From positions 17,048,053-17,099,121 of the forward strand of contig OZ199838.1 of assembly GCA_964304625.1 (NCBI GenBank): 51,069 nucleotides of DNA, written 5' to 3'. A program made the translations under genes and the position numbers. The notes under the pieces are model-generated. The model did not search any database. It worked only from the letters and a program-made list of their open reading frames with translations, and was not told the origin of the DNA. This DNA comes from Kudoa neothunni. Its lineage: Eukaryota; Animalia; Cnidaria. Shown in pieces: positions 37,286 through 50,384 of this stretch (the first letter of the stretch is position 1; each line of letters starts with the position of its first letter).

Positions 37286-38684
37286 TAGGGAGATATTACG
37301 GTAACTGGCTATGCTATCATTTTCTTATCTTTATGGATCTTACTCGCCTATTTAAATTCAGTGTTTATATAAATTTCATTCAAATTTATTTATATGAAAC
37401 AATGTTTCTTTGATTTTATTTTTCGGAATATATCTACCATGTTATGTGGAACATTATTGTATCATCATTAAGCGATATAAGTAGAAACTTTACACGACAC
37501 ACTTTTGTTTGCCAATTTTTGGAGTGCAAAACTGATAACATTCATCATCCCCGACATTTAATTTTGGGTGTTGCAGTAGGTTATGCGATTATTGTGCTTC
37601 GATTATTGTTTGAAGTGTGTTGCGTTAATTTTACAAAAAAATGTCTAACACTTCACGCTGCTGATCTAACTTTATGGGGACCATTAATAGTGACTTGAAG
37701 TGTTATATCAACCTCTATTTTCTTAAGAATGCCATTAGTATCTTTCATTGAAATAGGATGAGAAATTGGGTGGATTTCCAAACAATCTAAAAAATGGTAG
37801 GTTTTGGCTATTTTGCTTGTTAAACATATCTTGGATGTTAGAAAAATACATATCTGTATCTATTCTGGAAACGTGTTGCTGATCAATTCTGAGTTTGCAT
37901 ATGCAAATCTTCCAAGAAGTACATTTTGTAAAATATCGGTTCGCTATCTTCTTAAGACTACTACAATCCAATTCCAGGGACAATTTGACCTCAAATCTTA
38001 AAGTAACCATAAATCGTGATTAACTGAACGCATTAGTTTTATTTGTGACTTTGTATTATGTTGTCATATCTTTGAATATGCTTGTGGAAGTATTTTGAAT
38101 TTTGTTTGTCTGCATTTTTCAAAATTTAGTGTTTGACGAAATTTCGCTGGTAAGAGTTTATAAGATTTAATGTTTAAAAATTTAATCTACCACATTGTTA
38201 TAAGTATGATTCAACTAACAGGCCCCTAAAAGAATTCAAGTGAGAATTCAATTTCGGATTATATATCCCTTTATGCGTTGACTGTATAGTTGTATTCCGG
38301 TGTAATTCCTCACGTATACGTTGATTTCTATTTGCTTTTCATGGTTTCTTAAAACCACGGATGCAGCAAATAATGATGATGAGATTTAAACGAAATGAGG
38401 TTCATTTATTTGTATTAGGTTTTTTTCTTTTTCTTCTTAAATATAAAAAACTAATTACATTATTAAGTAAAATTTTGTTATATTTCGTTTATGGCAGTTT
38501 ATTTCGCGCAGTAATTTTTCGACAAATATTTGTGCTATTAACATAATGAAACGTTTATTATTTTAAAAAATATAATTTAAATCATTTTTTTTTCAATTTT
38601 TTTCCTGAATTAGATATTCCCAAAACCTCGAGCGTAGCCGGTTATAACGACTCATGTTTGTATTATTTATCTAAATATTCTTAA

Positions 38685-38779
38685 TTTACTTTAAACTGAC
38701 ATGACCTTGACCTACTCAAGGCTTTAGTCTACTTGGCCGGGCAAGGAAGTTTGCGCGAAGCGGGGCTTTGTCGCTATAG
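38685..38779 (+). mobile_element. second Helitron 3' terminus (family of 14617 and 31334 ends)
   Basis: TGGCCGGGCAAGGAAG..GCGAAGCGGGGCTTTGTCGCTATAG|T. Confidence 0.75.
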
Positions 38780-38784
38780 TTTTT

Positions 38785-39010
38785 ATAATTAGCTGTTAAA
38801 AACTTATTCCTAAAAACATTAAAAGAATTTCCCCCAGATTGTTATTGATTTTAATATCCCCGCATAACATAATTCCTTAGAAATCCTTAAATACATCACA
38901 AACCGACTATGCAAAAATTTACACTTCTAATTTTGACGTTACTTAATTTTCCCCCTGTCTTTTATATTTTACTTCCAAGGGGCAAATTTATCCCCGGTTG
39001 AGAACCCCTG
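38785..39010 (-). mobile_element. truncated hAT MITE, same family as 5415-5973
   Basis: Reverse complement CAGGGGTTCTCAACCGGGGATAAATTTGCCCC...GTATTTAAGGATTTCTAAGGAATTATG aligns with 5415-5590. Confidence 0.78.
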
Positions 39011-39750
39011 CGTTAAAGGGTTACTGGTATCAATGAAGGTTCTGCAATTTTAATTTTTGGAAAAATTAAAAAAATTCACTAATTATCTATTACACTTATA
39101 CTTTTATTCATTTTTTGTCCATTCATATCTCATATAATGAAAATTCTTAATAAGTATTTGTGATGAATTAATTGATGATGTCAAAATGCTTCTCATTGAA
39201 TGTCTCCATCTTTATATAATTCCATCCCATCAAATAGAGATGAATTTATTCATTTTGTTTTTATTTGATCATTTAGTTTAATTTAATTATGAATAGAAAG
39301 ACAATGCATTATCGATGATGATGATGATGATGATTTGATTATATTTGATCACGTGGAATTTAATAATCTAAAAACCTTCGGGTATTAATTGTGACTGTGA
39401 CTTTCATATTTAGAATACAAAAGTTATGCTATTAATAATTACTATTAAATCAAAATTTTTAAAACTATTAAATTTAAAGAAAATTATAATTCCACAAAAA
39501 TAAATAACTAACAATTAAATATCCTAAATGTAATACACTTACAAATTGCACTACAATACATTTTATTAAAATTGAATAGAATTCATTCTTTCTATTATTA
39601 ATTATCTATACAGACTCCTATTATAGATATAATTTGTATAAGCTGATTAAAACATTTCTATGTATATATTTACGATTTTGTAATAACCTAATAAACTAAT
39701 CTAACAAACTGCTGATAAGAAAAGTCAGAAGCCATAACAAAATTTCGACT

Positions 39751-42700
39751 ATGTTCAATCAACTAATATGTAAAAACTATTATTATTTAGATTGACTAAT
39801 TAGTTGCATAGACTCCGTGTTGTTGATGACATTGTCATCTTATTCCACTACTCCTCTAATAGACTATAGTGATAGAAACAGTGCGTGTGTTCACTATGAA
39901 AAAGTAAGGGGAAAATTATATACAACAATACAGTTTTTTGAGAGATAGAACTAAAATAAGCGATAGAGAAGTGAATTACCTTAATTACTCAAAAGCTAAT
40001 TATGAATCTCTCAAAACATCTTTATACTGATGGAGAAAATAAAAAGTTTGTTACGTAACGACAGGCTCTTGACTGTTTCTGCGTATATAATCTATGAAGA
40101 ACAACCATTTAAACAACATGTTATCGACTTTTCAATAGTGAAAACAGATAGAAATACTATGGCACGTATATATGACGCCATCACATGTTTAAGACACTTC
40201 AGGAAAGTACACCATTTGATAGATGAATATGAACAGGAGCATCGTAAAGCTCTACAATTATTAAATACAGAACTCCAATTTTTTGATGATATTAATGTTA
40301 AAGACTATGTGGTATGTCTATCAAATAAATTAAATTTCGATCTGCCAACATCAATTACACACATGGAAAATTCCATAGAGGCAATGAGAATTTTCAAACG
40401 AAATATAGAAACTTATACATTTAAAAACAAACATACTGCTTTAAGAATCCCGCTCATGAGCTTCATGAGTCATTTAAAGACAGAGAACAAAAAATGACCC
40501 CTTTCTACATTAAAATGACAGATTCAATGGTTCCGTACTTTCAACAAATAAAATCTGATATGCAATCTTATATCACAAAGTACAATCAAGAATTGTTTGA
40601 AAGTTATTTGAAAAATTCTGAAAATTTCAATTCAATTCTACTTAATTTGAAGACTGGGAGCGTGTCCGATCGACAAAGTAGATGAAATTAAAAGTTTGCT
40701 AGAAAATACACAAAGTGTTTTATCATCAACGACTTCTTATATCTCGAAAGATTTGTCGGAAAAAATGACACAAAAAATTGTTAAACTACAAGCAGTGCTT
40801 GAATCGTATAAAAATCAGATTTCCGAAACTGAAGAACTTAAAACTAAAAATTAAGATAACAATAGAAAATATAGACAATTTACCTAAAGCCACTTCTGAT
40901 GCCATTAACCGCATAAAACCTATAAAAAGGCAAATTGATAATTATATCTCACAAATCGATGAACTCCCGTCAATACTCTTAATTAGGATATCGAATATTT
41001 ATCGGTAACGAATTAAACAATAAAATACAAAGATATTGGAAGAAGACAAGACAATTATTAGACACAACATTAAAAATTAAGTTTGAAGATGTTGAAAAAT
41101 TGTATACTCAAGTTACTAAAGATGTTGAAACAGTGGCAAATAACTTTCAACCAATTGAAAGATAAGAATACAGATACTTTAAATACCTACCAAACGTTGA
41201 AATCTGAAATCGAAACCATAACAAGAGTGGAAATTCCACAATATCGAGAAAACCTTAATCTGGGAAAATTAGATGAAATTGCTATCCTTTACAAAATCCC
41301 ACCTCCAAATTGATTGATATTGATAGTAGAAAGAAATTAAGAGATTTAGATTCATTAGAATCTAAAATTGATATTACCGAATTAACATCAATTGGAGAAA
41401 GCTTGACCACTGCGTCTAATACCATACAAGAAGTGAGGAAAAATAATGATAATTTCAAATTGTCCACTCTCCAAATATAAACCCCCTCATTTCTCGAAAC
41501 TGAAGCTAATGAAAAATCAGTCTTGTTTTCTAACTTTGTTGACGTTACCGAAGGTAAATTGAGGCAAACCACGTTAAATAGCAATGTTTTAAAATCCAAA
41601 ATTGATGATGTTCAATCCAAAATCAAAAAAAATAAAGAACTTGTGAATAGTATCAATGAGCGTGCTCAACAATTAACCCAAGATTATAAAATTATAGAAG
41701 ATGTAAAAAAGAGAATATCAACTAGTAAAAATATTACGCTGGTGAATTTGAATCATTGATAGCTAGAGAAACATCAAATTTAAATTTAAATCTCGATAGT
41801 GACGCTGACAAACTATCAGATGATATCAAAAACTATGAAGAATCCTATGAAAGTATTAAACTCATGATCTCTGGTATAGTTGACGATATTAACGAATTGA
41901 AATCCTTGAAATCCGGTTACGAAATAGAAGTCGAAAATATGAAAAATATGCATGCTAATATGGTGGAATCTCTTGGCTATGGACTGAATACAGTCGAAAT
42001 CACGGATAAAACTTCTTTCGCAAATACCAAAGATGACCCCTCACCAATTTATTTAAAAAATACAAAGAAACACTCAAAACCCAAACAACTAGTCTTAAAA
42101 ACGAGGAGGATTATTATAAAGAAACCATCAACAAAGCTAACGACAAGGTAGCAAACGATTAGATCAATTAGCCAGAGTTCAATAATTGTGCAACACCTGA
42201 AAGGGAGAATTCTCAGTGGAAAATAATTTTTCGAGATTGAATGATCTGAATATCGGGTGTCATAAATCTGTTACTGAAGTAGAGAATAAAATAAACAATC
42301 ATAAAATTAAATTTTCTTCAATTTCTACCGACTATGAGAATAACAACGCAATTTTGGCAACCGCCAAGAGTGACATAATGAGCCATCTTCAAAAATATAA
42401 CACATTTTTTAATGATAAATCTGCATTTTCAAATAATGAAGTTGTGAAAAGAATTGAACAAGTGAAAGTTGATTTGAAAGAAAAGTTTGATTTATTCAAA
42501 GCTAACAACGACAAAATGAAAAATGAATTGGCACAATTGTCTACTATGAAAAACAACGTGAATAGTGAGATTGCTGTTGAAGAACAATTTATTGAAGAGT
42601 ACACCAGGAACGTTTCAACCGAAAGAATTAACATTCAATCATTCCTTAAGAAAACTGCATTCACTGGAAGAAACAGCCCTCTACAATTAATGAAGCTAAC

Positions 42701-43663
42701 AAAAAACTCACTGACAAGAAAGGAGAGCTTGATAACTTCTTGAAAGTTACCGAGTCTCAATACGAACAAAATAAGGATTTGATAAAGGAAAAACAAGACG
42801 GAATTTCAACTAATGGTAAATTACAGATTGAATTATTACGAAAAGAAAAGTCTGCAACTTTAGATAAGTTTAGAGAATACAAAAAAGCACATGAGGCTAT
42901 TTCAGCCAAGCCGACGATGGTAAAATTGATATTTCTACGGAGCTGAGCAATACATTTACTGAAATGAAAGCTGAAAAAAAAAGGATGAAAGATACATTTG
43001 AAGAGAATTTGAAAAAAGTTTCAGAAACCATTTCCGAAGCCAATACACATTATACTAACGAACAAAATAACCTTGAAAAGAAATATTCCGAAAAAAAATA
43101 TATTGCTTCCGACTTATTAAGACAAATTAAATCATTATTAACAGCAATTGGCTCGGAAAACTGATGATAACAAGTTTGGAAATTTGCACATACAATATAC
43201 TGAACTTATCCCAAAAATAAAGAGTTTCCTCGATCAAAATAAAGATCCTATTACAATTACAGTATATGACGGTCAAATCAATGCCACTACTATTCCAGAA
43301 GATGCAAAAGAATTTAGGAATAAACTTAACGAAGCAATAAATAAAGATGATAAATATGTTCAAGATTTAAACAGAAACCATTCATCTACTGAAACAGCTG
43401 ATGTTACCATAAATATGGTAGATGAATCTCAAAATTTTGAAGAAGATAATGATCACGACAGTGATTCTATGAGTGCAGCTCAATATGCTGCAGCATTAGG
43501 AGAGTCTAATAATGTATTAGCAAAAGATTATTTCAAGATGATTGTGGCAGGTGCTGCAGTAGCCTTGGTGGCTATCGCAATCGCTGGTGCTGTAATACGA
43601 TACAGAAGCGTCAAAAAGAATGAAATTTACGAAAAATGTGAAAATATTTACGTCAAAGCATGA
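39751..43663 (+). pseudogene. large orphan type I surface protein (signal peptide, long coiled-coil, C-terminal TM), multiply frameshifted
   Basis: ATG at 39751 plus intron 39770-39811 gives MFNQLIYSVLLMTLSSYS. A chain of abutting K/E/N/I-rich heptad-like ORFs runs 40030-43663. It ends in an acidic linker, TM MIVAGAAVALVAIAIAGAVI, the basic stop-transfer RYRSVKK and a short tail. Confidence 0.75.
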
Positions 43664-44094
43664 TATTAGAGCGATAATATTCCATACAGAACCAAGTTAC
43701 GTAGTAATTTAGAAATATTTATTTTAATAGTAGTATTAGTGTGTTCAGTATAGAAATGTGTTTCAATGGCCTATTATGTTATTTGAATAATAAAAAATTT
43801 TGATTAATTAATGTTAAAAAAAATTTTCGATAACTAATTATTGCTAATGTAAAATTATTATTACTTATCAATTATAGGGTAATAGTTGGTGCAGCTGGTA
43901 TTAATGCCTTTATATATTGACATTTTAACAACACTCATTTAATACGATGAAATTTTTGTTTATATTAAAAGTTAGGCTGAACTTATGATATAAACCCCCT
44001 AACATTAAATTAACATAAGATTAGCGCAATAGAAAAATAACTACGAAAAACATGCAAATACAAATCTAAATGATAGTAAATTAAAGTTGTTTTA

Positions 44095-44900
44095 TCGAGG
44101 ATATAAAACCATCCCATAAACCGAGATTGAATTTTCATCCCCATTGAAATTCACCAATAAATTAAATTGATTGATACCATCCATCCACACTGACAAAAAC
44201 ATCTTCATTAACCGAAGATGTTCTGTTCCTCGGTGATATTTTCTATTTGATAGCATCCTAGGTTCCGTCCATGGTATTTGTATGAGCCTCTGTGGTACTA
44301 TCCACATATTCTATACTGTGATTTACGGGGAGATGAGTGAAGAAATTATTTAGTATTCCATAACTTTTGAAGCAATCTGTTATAATAATCAAACCAGGTA
44401 AACGAAAGTTTTAACGTTTTGTTTAAGAGTGTCGGCGGTTTTGTCAGGAATTTCCCCCAAAAATATCTTTCCTTCTGATGTCCTTTCTACACCTCCAAGA
44501 ACCCATGCCGTTCGTTATGCTCCACATTGCCAAATTTTGACTCATCAATGTCTTCGATTATATTTTCTTCTTTAATAATTATTTCCCTTAAAGCGTAAAC
44601 TATCTGCTACCATCTGGCGAAGAACGTGACAATATTCCTTAATTGTTTGATACGAGTGCCCAATAATTGTGTCCAGATTAACGTTTTTTACGCTCACCAA
44701 CCAGTAATATGACAACTCCAAAAAATCATGAAGTTTAATTCTCATATTACTGAAAAATATCTACTCAAAAATGGATGTTTCTGTACTGCATATTTTGGAG
44801 CAGCATCGCCAATTTTTTCGATGTATAGAATGGCTAATTCCATTACATTTTACACAGTTAGGTGTTGCTTTAAAGATACAAATATTGATAAGATAACAGA
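44095..44900 (-). pseudogene. Merlin (IS1595-like) transposase remnant
   Basis: Minus-strand LELSYYWLV, IDESKFG (44529-44549), AWVLGGVERT; related to the copies at 49970-51069. Confidence 0.8.
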
Positions 44901-45329
44901 TAGAGTTATCCTCATTGCAAGCAAAAATTATTAAAAAATCTTGGGGAAATCATTCGCGCGGATCTAACGATATTCAATAGCCACCCCCAAAATTGTATTC
45001 CTGTGGTACACAGTATCCATGCTTGCACGAACATTATGCCAGATGGATAATAATGGCGTTCGATCGTATTTTGTATTCAAAAATTACATTTTCATTCTTA
45101 TATTAATGATAACTCGTAGATATTCAGACAAAGCTGAATGTTAAACAACAAACAACAAATATCGAATAAATACATCATAATTATTCGAAAATATGTAGAT
45201 TTTTTAGAATAATCAGCTATTTAATCATTCCATTACGAACCGTGACTTATTTTAAAGACGAATAAGTCCCATTTTGTTTTATTTTATAACATAAGTAAGT
45301 CATAAGCAAAAATATTTTTCTCTTAGTTT

Positions 45330-45880
45330 ATTAAAATTCTCAATAACTTCATTAATGGAAAAACGATGCATGGTTTTTAATAATTTTCATGAGTAAAGGA
45401 TACATTCATTGCGTCGACTTCATTATTTATTGAGTTAACATATTTATCTTCTGGATCTTCAAATGAAATAGTTTCTTCTATGTTAACCCGACATTCAATT
45501 TGATTTTTCTAGGGATTTTCTTCCAGTCGAAATGATAATACCTCCTGACCCACAATTATTAACAAGAATTATTTATTAAAATAGTTTTCGATTGTTTCTT
45601 CACTCACTAATTTCCACATTACTTTCATCGTGTACATATGTTCAAGTAAATCTGAAGGATCATTATTTGAATTGTTATCAAAAATATTAATAATATTAAC
45701 AGTAACTTTATTGATCAAATAACTCGTCAGATGATTTTTGTAAATGTATTAACAATCTTAAATAATTCCTTGATCTGATTGTTGCAATACGCTGGTTGTT
45801 CCTTGTGGGGGGATTCCAGAGTTCAAGATTTGAAATGTTTACCAGATCATATGATTCTTATCTTACATTGAGAAGTTTCA
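45330..45880 (-). pseudogene. pogo/Tigger-like DDE transposase 3' remnant
   Basis: Minus-strand PP.GTTSVLQQSDQGII (45762-45812) resembles the LPPNTTSxLQPxDQGII motif. Confidence 0.65.
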
Positions 45881-45959
45881 GCTTTAATGATACCATCAGA
45901 TATTTTGAAAAAATAAAGTCTTCACGTTAGTTTAATAGGGAGGTGTGAGGTCGTTTATT

Positions 45960-47096
45960 TCACGGAAGCATCAAGGTGTTTCACGATTGCGAATTATTAA
46001 TGAGTCTTTTTTCTGACATCGAGTAGATCGCAACAATTGTTATTCTCTCTAGATTTTCTAGAACCGTGCAAGTTTTCCTCCATTTCAAATGCATAACCAT
46101 ATATTAAATTTCATATGGAGATATAAATTTAAATGATATTTTAACTATCTTTTTCTGGTAAAACATTCCAGTTTCATCCAACTAAAAATATCTTTTGGAT
46201 CATAATTTCCAATCAACTTTAACAGTTGATCCTTCCAAAGGGATATTATTTTAGGAACAACATTATTGGATTTACATATGAATTTGTTACTTTCAACTTA
46301 ACTCTCGAGGAAAATTCTTAAAACAAAACTGTCTCAGCCTCTACTAACTTTAACAGTTGTGTTTTAACATTATATATGTAATCGAAGACTTTTTAATTAC
46401 ATCATCCTGAGAGAGTTCGATATTACGTGATCTGGTTAGCTCAATCCACTCTTTAACCTTAGAATCCAAAATGTTGAAATTATTTTTTCTTAAGGTTTCT
46501 CTGTTGTGACATAGGTCCCCCATTGTTATAATCTTCCAGAATACTGCTATTTTTTAATATTATGTTGTTTAAGGAAGATTTCGATTTAAATTCAAATATC
46601 TCAACGGGTTTAGCATTCAAGCTACCGAAATTTTTTATATCATCATAGTTTATTATATTAACTTTATTATCCAATTATCGATACTTTCTCAGATTTCTTA
46701 ATTGCATATTAATCAGGGTGGTATAACGTTCAATAAAATTGGTTCGTGTCCAACAATCATCCGACTAAACTATCCAGAAAAATTGTCCGCTTCAGACCCT
46801 TGATATTCCATATTGAAACAGCCGGGTATACGCAGTCGCTTTAAAAAACCTTCGTACGTTTTATCTGATTCAACAACTATTATAATTATTCAGAGGATTC
46901 ATAATTTCTGAGAAGAACAAACTTTTCAAAATGGCATTGGTTTAAACGATTACTGATCTTATGTGATATTAATCCAGCCTTTTAGGCTTGTCTTTTACAT
47001 TCCGCAGGAGTCACTGGACTGGGATAGAATAAATTGACCTTGCAAGATGTTTGAGGTTAGAATGGCTAGAATAAGCCCAATAAATTAGAGAATCAT
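45960..47096 (-). pseudogene. possible decayed secreted-protein gene of unknown family
   Basis: Minus-strand ATG at 47096 gives MIL*FIGLILAILTSNILQGQ (signal-like, internal stop), followed by coding-like fragments including ORF 46480-46674. Confidence 0.3.
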
Positions 47097-47149
47097 TATA
47101 TATTTTATAAACAGATTTGTTTAAATAATTCTTATTTCCTCCCTATACC

Positions 47150-49960
47150 AGTGATGTTCGACGAGAGCAAAAAAGTGTCAATAACAACAATAATAATTGC
47201 GCCCCCTAGCAAATGGTTTGTTAATCTCCTGTATTAATCTACCAACATAACATCTCTTCATTCCCAGGTTTATTTACTTTTCTTGTAGATCTTCTTAAGG
47301 TTGGTTCATTTACATCTTCACTATCAGATGATACATTATCGTCAATAAGATTAGGGTTTTTCTACCTCCTGGGCCGTAGAATCTATAATTGGTTTTTAGT
47401 ATTGGCCATTACCATTTGTTGTTGATGTAAATCTTCTTCAGCTGGGTTTGCATCAATCTCATCATTTGGTTCAGTGTATGGAATCATTATCAAATGGTCA
47501 ATATGCCTTTTTAATTCTCGTCCGTTGGATAACACCAAATATGTAAGGGGTGCAACCGCTCTAAGAACTTTACCCTTAATTCATTTGGGGCCTTTCAAGA
47601 AATTTCGAATCAGTACAGTTTCACCGGGATCTAGTACTCGTGTTCCCTTTTCTCTATTCATTCTTGGTTTCCCTGGCTGGATCTTCAACGTGTCGAAGAA
47701 ACTACCTGGCCTCCTTCCCATCATACAGATTGATTGCGCCATTGATGTTGTGCTGTGTAGTGTGTTTCTTTGATGGAGCAGGAACCGATCGATACTTTTT
47801 TGTATGTCACTATCAGATTTATCAAGGCATCCTTTGAAGGTCGTACAAACCTTTCTGCCAGTCCGTCGGAAGATGGATGGTAAGCTAAAATAAATTTATG
47901 TCTGATGTTATTGCTAGCAGTAAAATCCCTCATTTCTTTGGGGACAAATTTGGGACAATTATCAGACACCGTTGTTTCAGGATTACCAAGACGTGAAAAT
48001 AAGGTCCTCATAACAGAAACAGTTCTATCTCCATTTGGCGAACTCATAGGTATCACTTCAGGCCATTTTGAATAAGCGTCGACCATTATAAGCAAATACA
48101 ACCCTTTAATAGGACCAGCAAAATCGAAATGTACTCCTTCCAGTGGATGTGAACAATTCTCCCATTGCAGTACTTTGCTTTTTATAGGCATTTTGCGTTT
48201 TTCTTCTTGGCATGAGCGGCAGCTGAAGTTTACCCTTTTAATATCACGGTTTATGTTAGGCCACCAAACATAACTTCTCGCTAGTTCTTTGGTTCTTGAT
48301 ATTCCCATATGCCCCGCATGCAATTCCTTCAACACTATACTTTGGAGTGATTTGGGTATGATAATCCGTCCGCCAAGTAGCAATGATCTATTCAAAAAAC
48401 GATATCTCATTTTTCCTCCTTTTGAATTGTTCCAATCCGATTGGTATTTTGCTTTTCCATCCATTCTTAAAATGACTAATAACACTACTTAGGATTTCAT
48501 CTGCCATTGTTTCTCTCGTCAGTTCTTCAAGCGTAAAGTGAAAGTGTCCATGTTTTAAAATTTTTTTAACAACTAATTTATCAATCATATCATTTGCCAC
48601 TTCAAGTTCTTCATTAGCGTCCTTCTTTCTCATAAAAAGGCGAGGAAAACAATCACCAGGATTATTTTCAGATCCGGCTCGATATTTGATTTCAAACAAG
48701 TATCCAGATAATGACTGCCCACCTTTGGATTCTAGACGCTGCTGTCTTCGGTATCCCATTTTTAGGATTAAAAATGGCTTATATTCAGTTAACAAGGTGA
48801 ATCGTCATCCCTCCAGGTAATGATGGAACTTCTGAATTGCTCAAATGATCGCTAATCCTTCTTTTTTAATCGTGGAATAATTTTCCTCTCTTTTTGATAG
48901 GCTTCTAGAAATAAATGAGATAGGTCTCACAAGGTTATCGTCCATAACATGGGATAATACTGCACCAACACCACTGCCAGAAGCGTCTGTTGTCAATAAT
49001 AATTTTAGAGATGGATCAAAATAGACTAGCATATTTTTATTCGAAAGTAAACTCATTTTCTTTCTTCAGCAAGTTATACAGGAATTGGGTATGGAAGAAA
49101 AATTTGGAATAAATTTCCTATAATAATTTAGCATTCCATAGAATATCCTTATGTCTGTTTTATTAGAAGGTTTTTGCATCCTCATTACTTCTTCCACACC
49201 ATTTAACTTTTTATTAGGCCTTTTCTGGAAACATTGTATCTGCAATATTCAATAGATTCGTTAAGGAAAGCACATTTCTCTTTGTTCAGGCGAAGACCAT
49301 GCTGCTGAAATATATTCAGCACCTTATCTAACGTTCTCAAGTGTTCATTCCTCGTTTTCCCCGTAACAATAATGTTATCCAAATAACATTGAACATCTGG
49401 TATACCATTCAATAGCATATCCATTGTTCTTCGTCAAATTGCAGGGGCTGACGCCAACCCAAAATGAAGCCTCTGATATTCAAACAGTCCTTTATGTGTT
49501 GTGATCGTCAAAAACTCCTTTGAAGTATTCTCAAAATCCATTTGAAGATAAGCATTTTCTAAGTCAATAACACTAAACGACTCTCCGCCGGCAAGAGTAG
49601 ACATGATGTCTTCTACTGTAGGTAGTGGATATATATCCACATTTAGATGAGGGTTCAATGTGACAGAAAAATCAGCACAAATTCTTACTCCACCACCTAT
49701 CTTTTCAACAGCAACTATAGTTGTGGCCCATCTGCTGAATCTGATAGCTTTCAATATGCCAGCCTCTACCAGTCTATCGAGTTCTGTTGAAGCCATTTCT
49801 TTCTTATAAGAGATACTCTTCGGTATTTACAAAAAATAGGCGACGTAATAGGTTTCAGTGATATTGCAGTTTTTGTTCCATTGAAACATCCAAGTTCGTT
49901 CCAAAATAATTTATGATATTTCTTCAACAAGCTTCCAATTTCTTTCGTTTCTAACTTCAT
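47150..49960 (-). mobile_element. Ty3/Gypsy LTR retrotransposon (K02A2.6-like pol), decayed and 5'-truncated
   Basis: RT WATTIVAV..GGVRICADF, YPLP, FGLASAPAI, YLDNII; RNase H TTDASGSGVGAVLSH; integrase ELHAGHMG..C..C, HFDFAGP, SDN, GLAERFV; then LRRSTR, a purine tract at 47253-47265 and a 3' LTR start TGTTATG at 47252. Domain order RT-RH-IN. Confidence 0.94.
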
Positions 49961-49969
49961 GATCTCTAA

Positions 49970-50210
49970 TGACCACTCTTCTCAAACTATCACTAACTAT
50001 TCTCACTATCTTAGACAAATGATGGTCGATAGTTTAGGATTCGACGACATTATAATTGGAGGAGAAAATACAGTCGTAGAAATTGATGAGTCCAAGTTTG
50101 GTAAAAATAAAGCATAACAAAGCTCATGGTGTTAATGGAGCATGGGTTCATGGAGGTGTCGAAAGGACATCCGAAAGAAGAATGTTTCTAGTGAAGGTCC
50201 AGGATCACAT
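49970..50210 (+). pseudogene. Merlin transposase fragment
   Basis: IIIGGENTVVEIDESKFGK..HGVNGAWVHGGVERT. Confidence 0.88.
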
Positions 50211-50384
50211 TTGATATCCGTCACCAAATAATCCTATAACATTGTCGAGATTAACAGTGGGGCTAATCGTTTGTTTTCCGCCACTAACACTAATTCCGCA
50301 ACATGAGGATTATATACTCACCAACACAATATATAAGGATTAAGCCCTTATTTACAAACAACCATACAACAATGATTGCACCAA

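Larger units (their letters stand above)
32120..38654 (+). mobile_element. decayed autonomous Helitron (5' boundary uncertain)
   Basis: RepHel pseudogene plus a degenerate 3' hairpin CCTCGAGCGTAGCCGG-TTATAACGACTCA at 38626-38654. Confidence 0.75.

Noticed and set aside
40030-43663. Programmed frameshifting or an operon of small overlapping genes
   Set aside because: No recurring slippery motif or structure was seen at the breaks. Continuous composition with one signal peptide and one TM fits a single broken eukaryotic gene.
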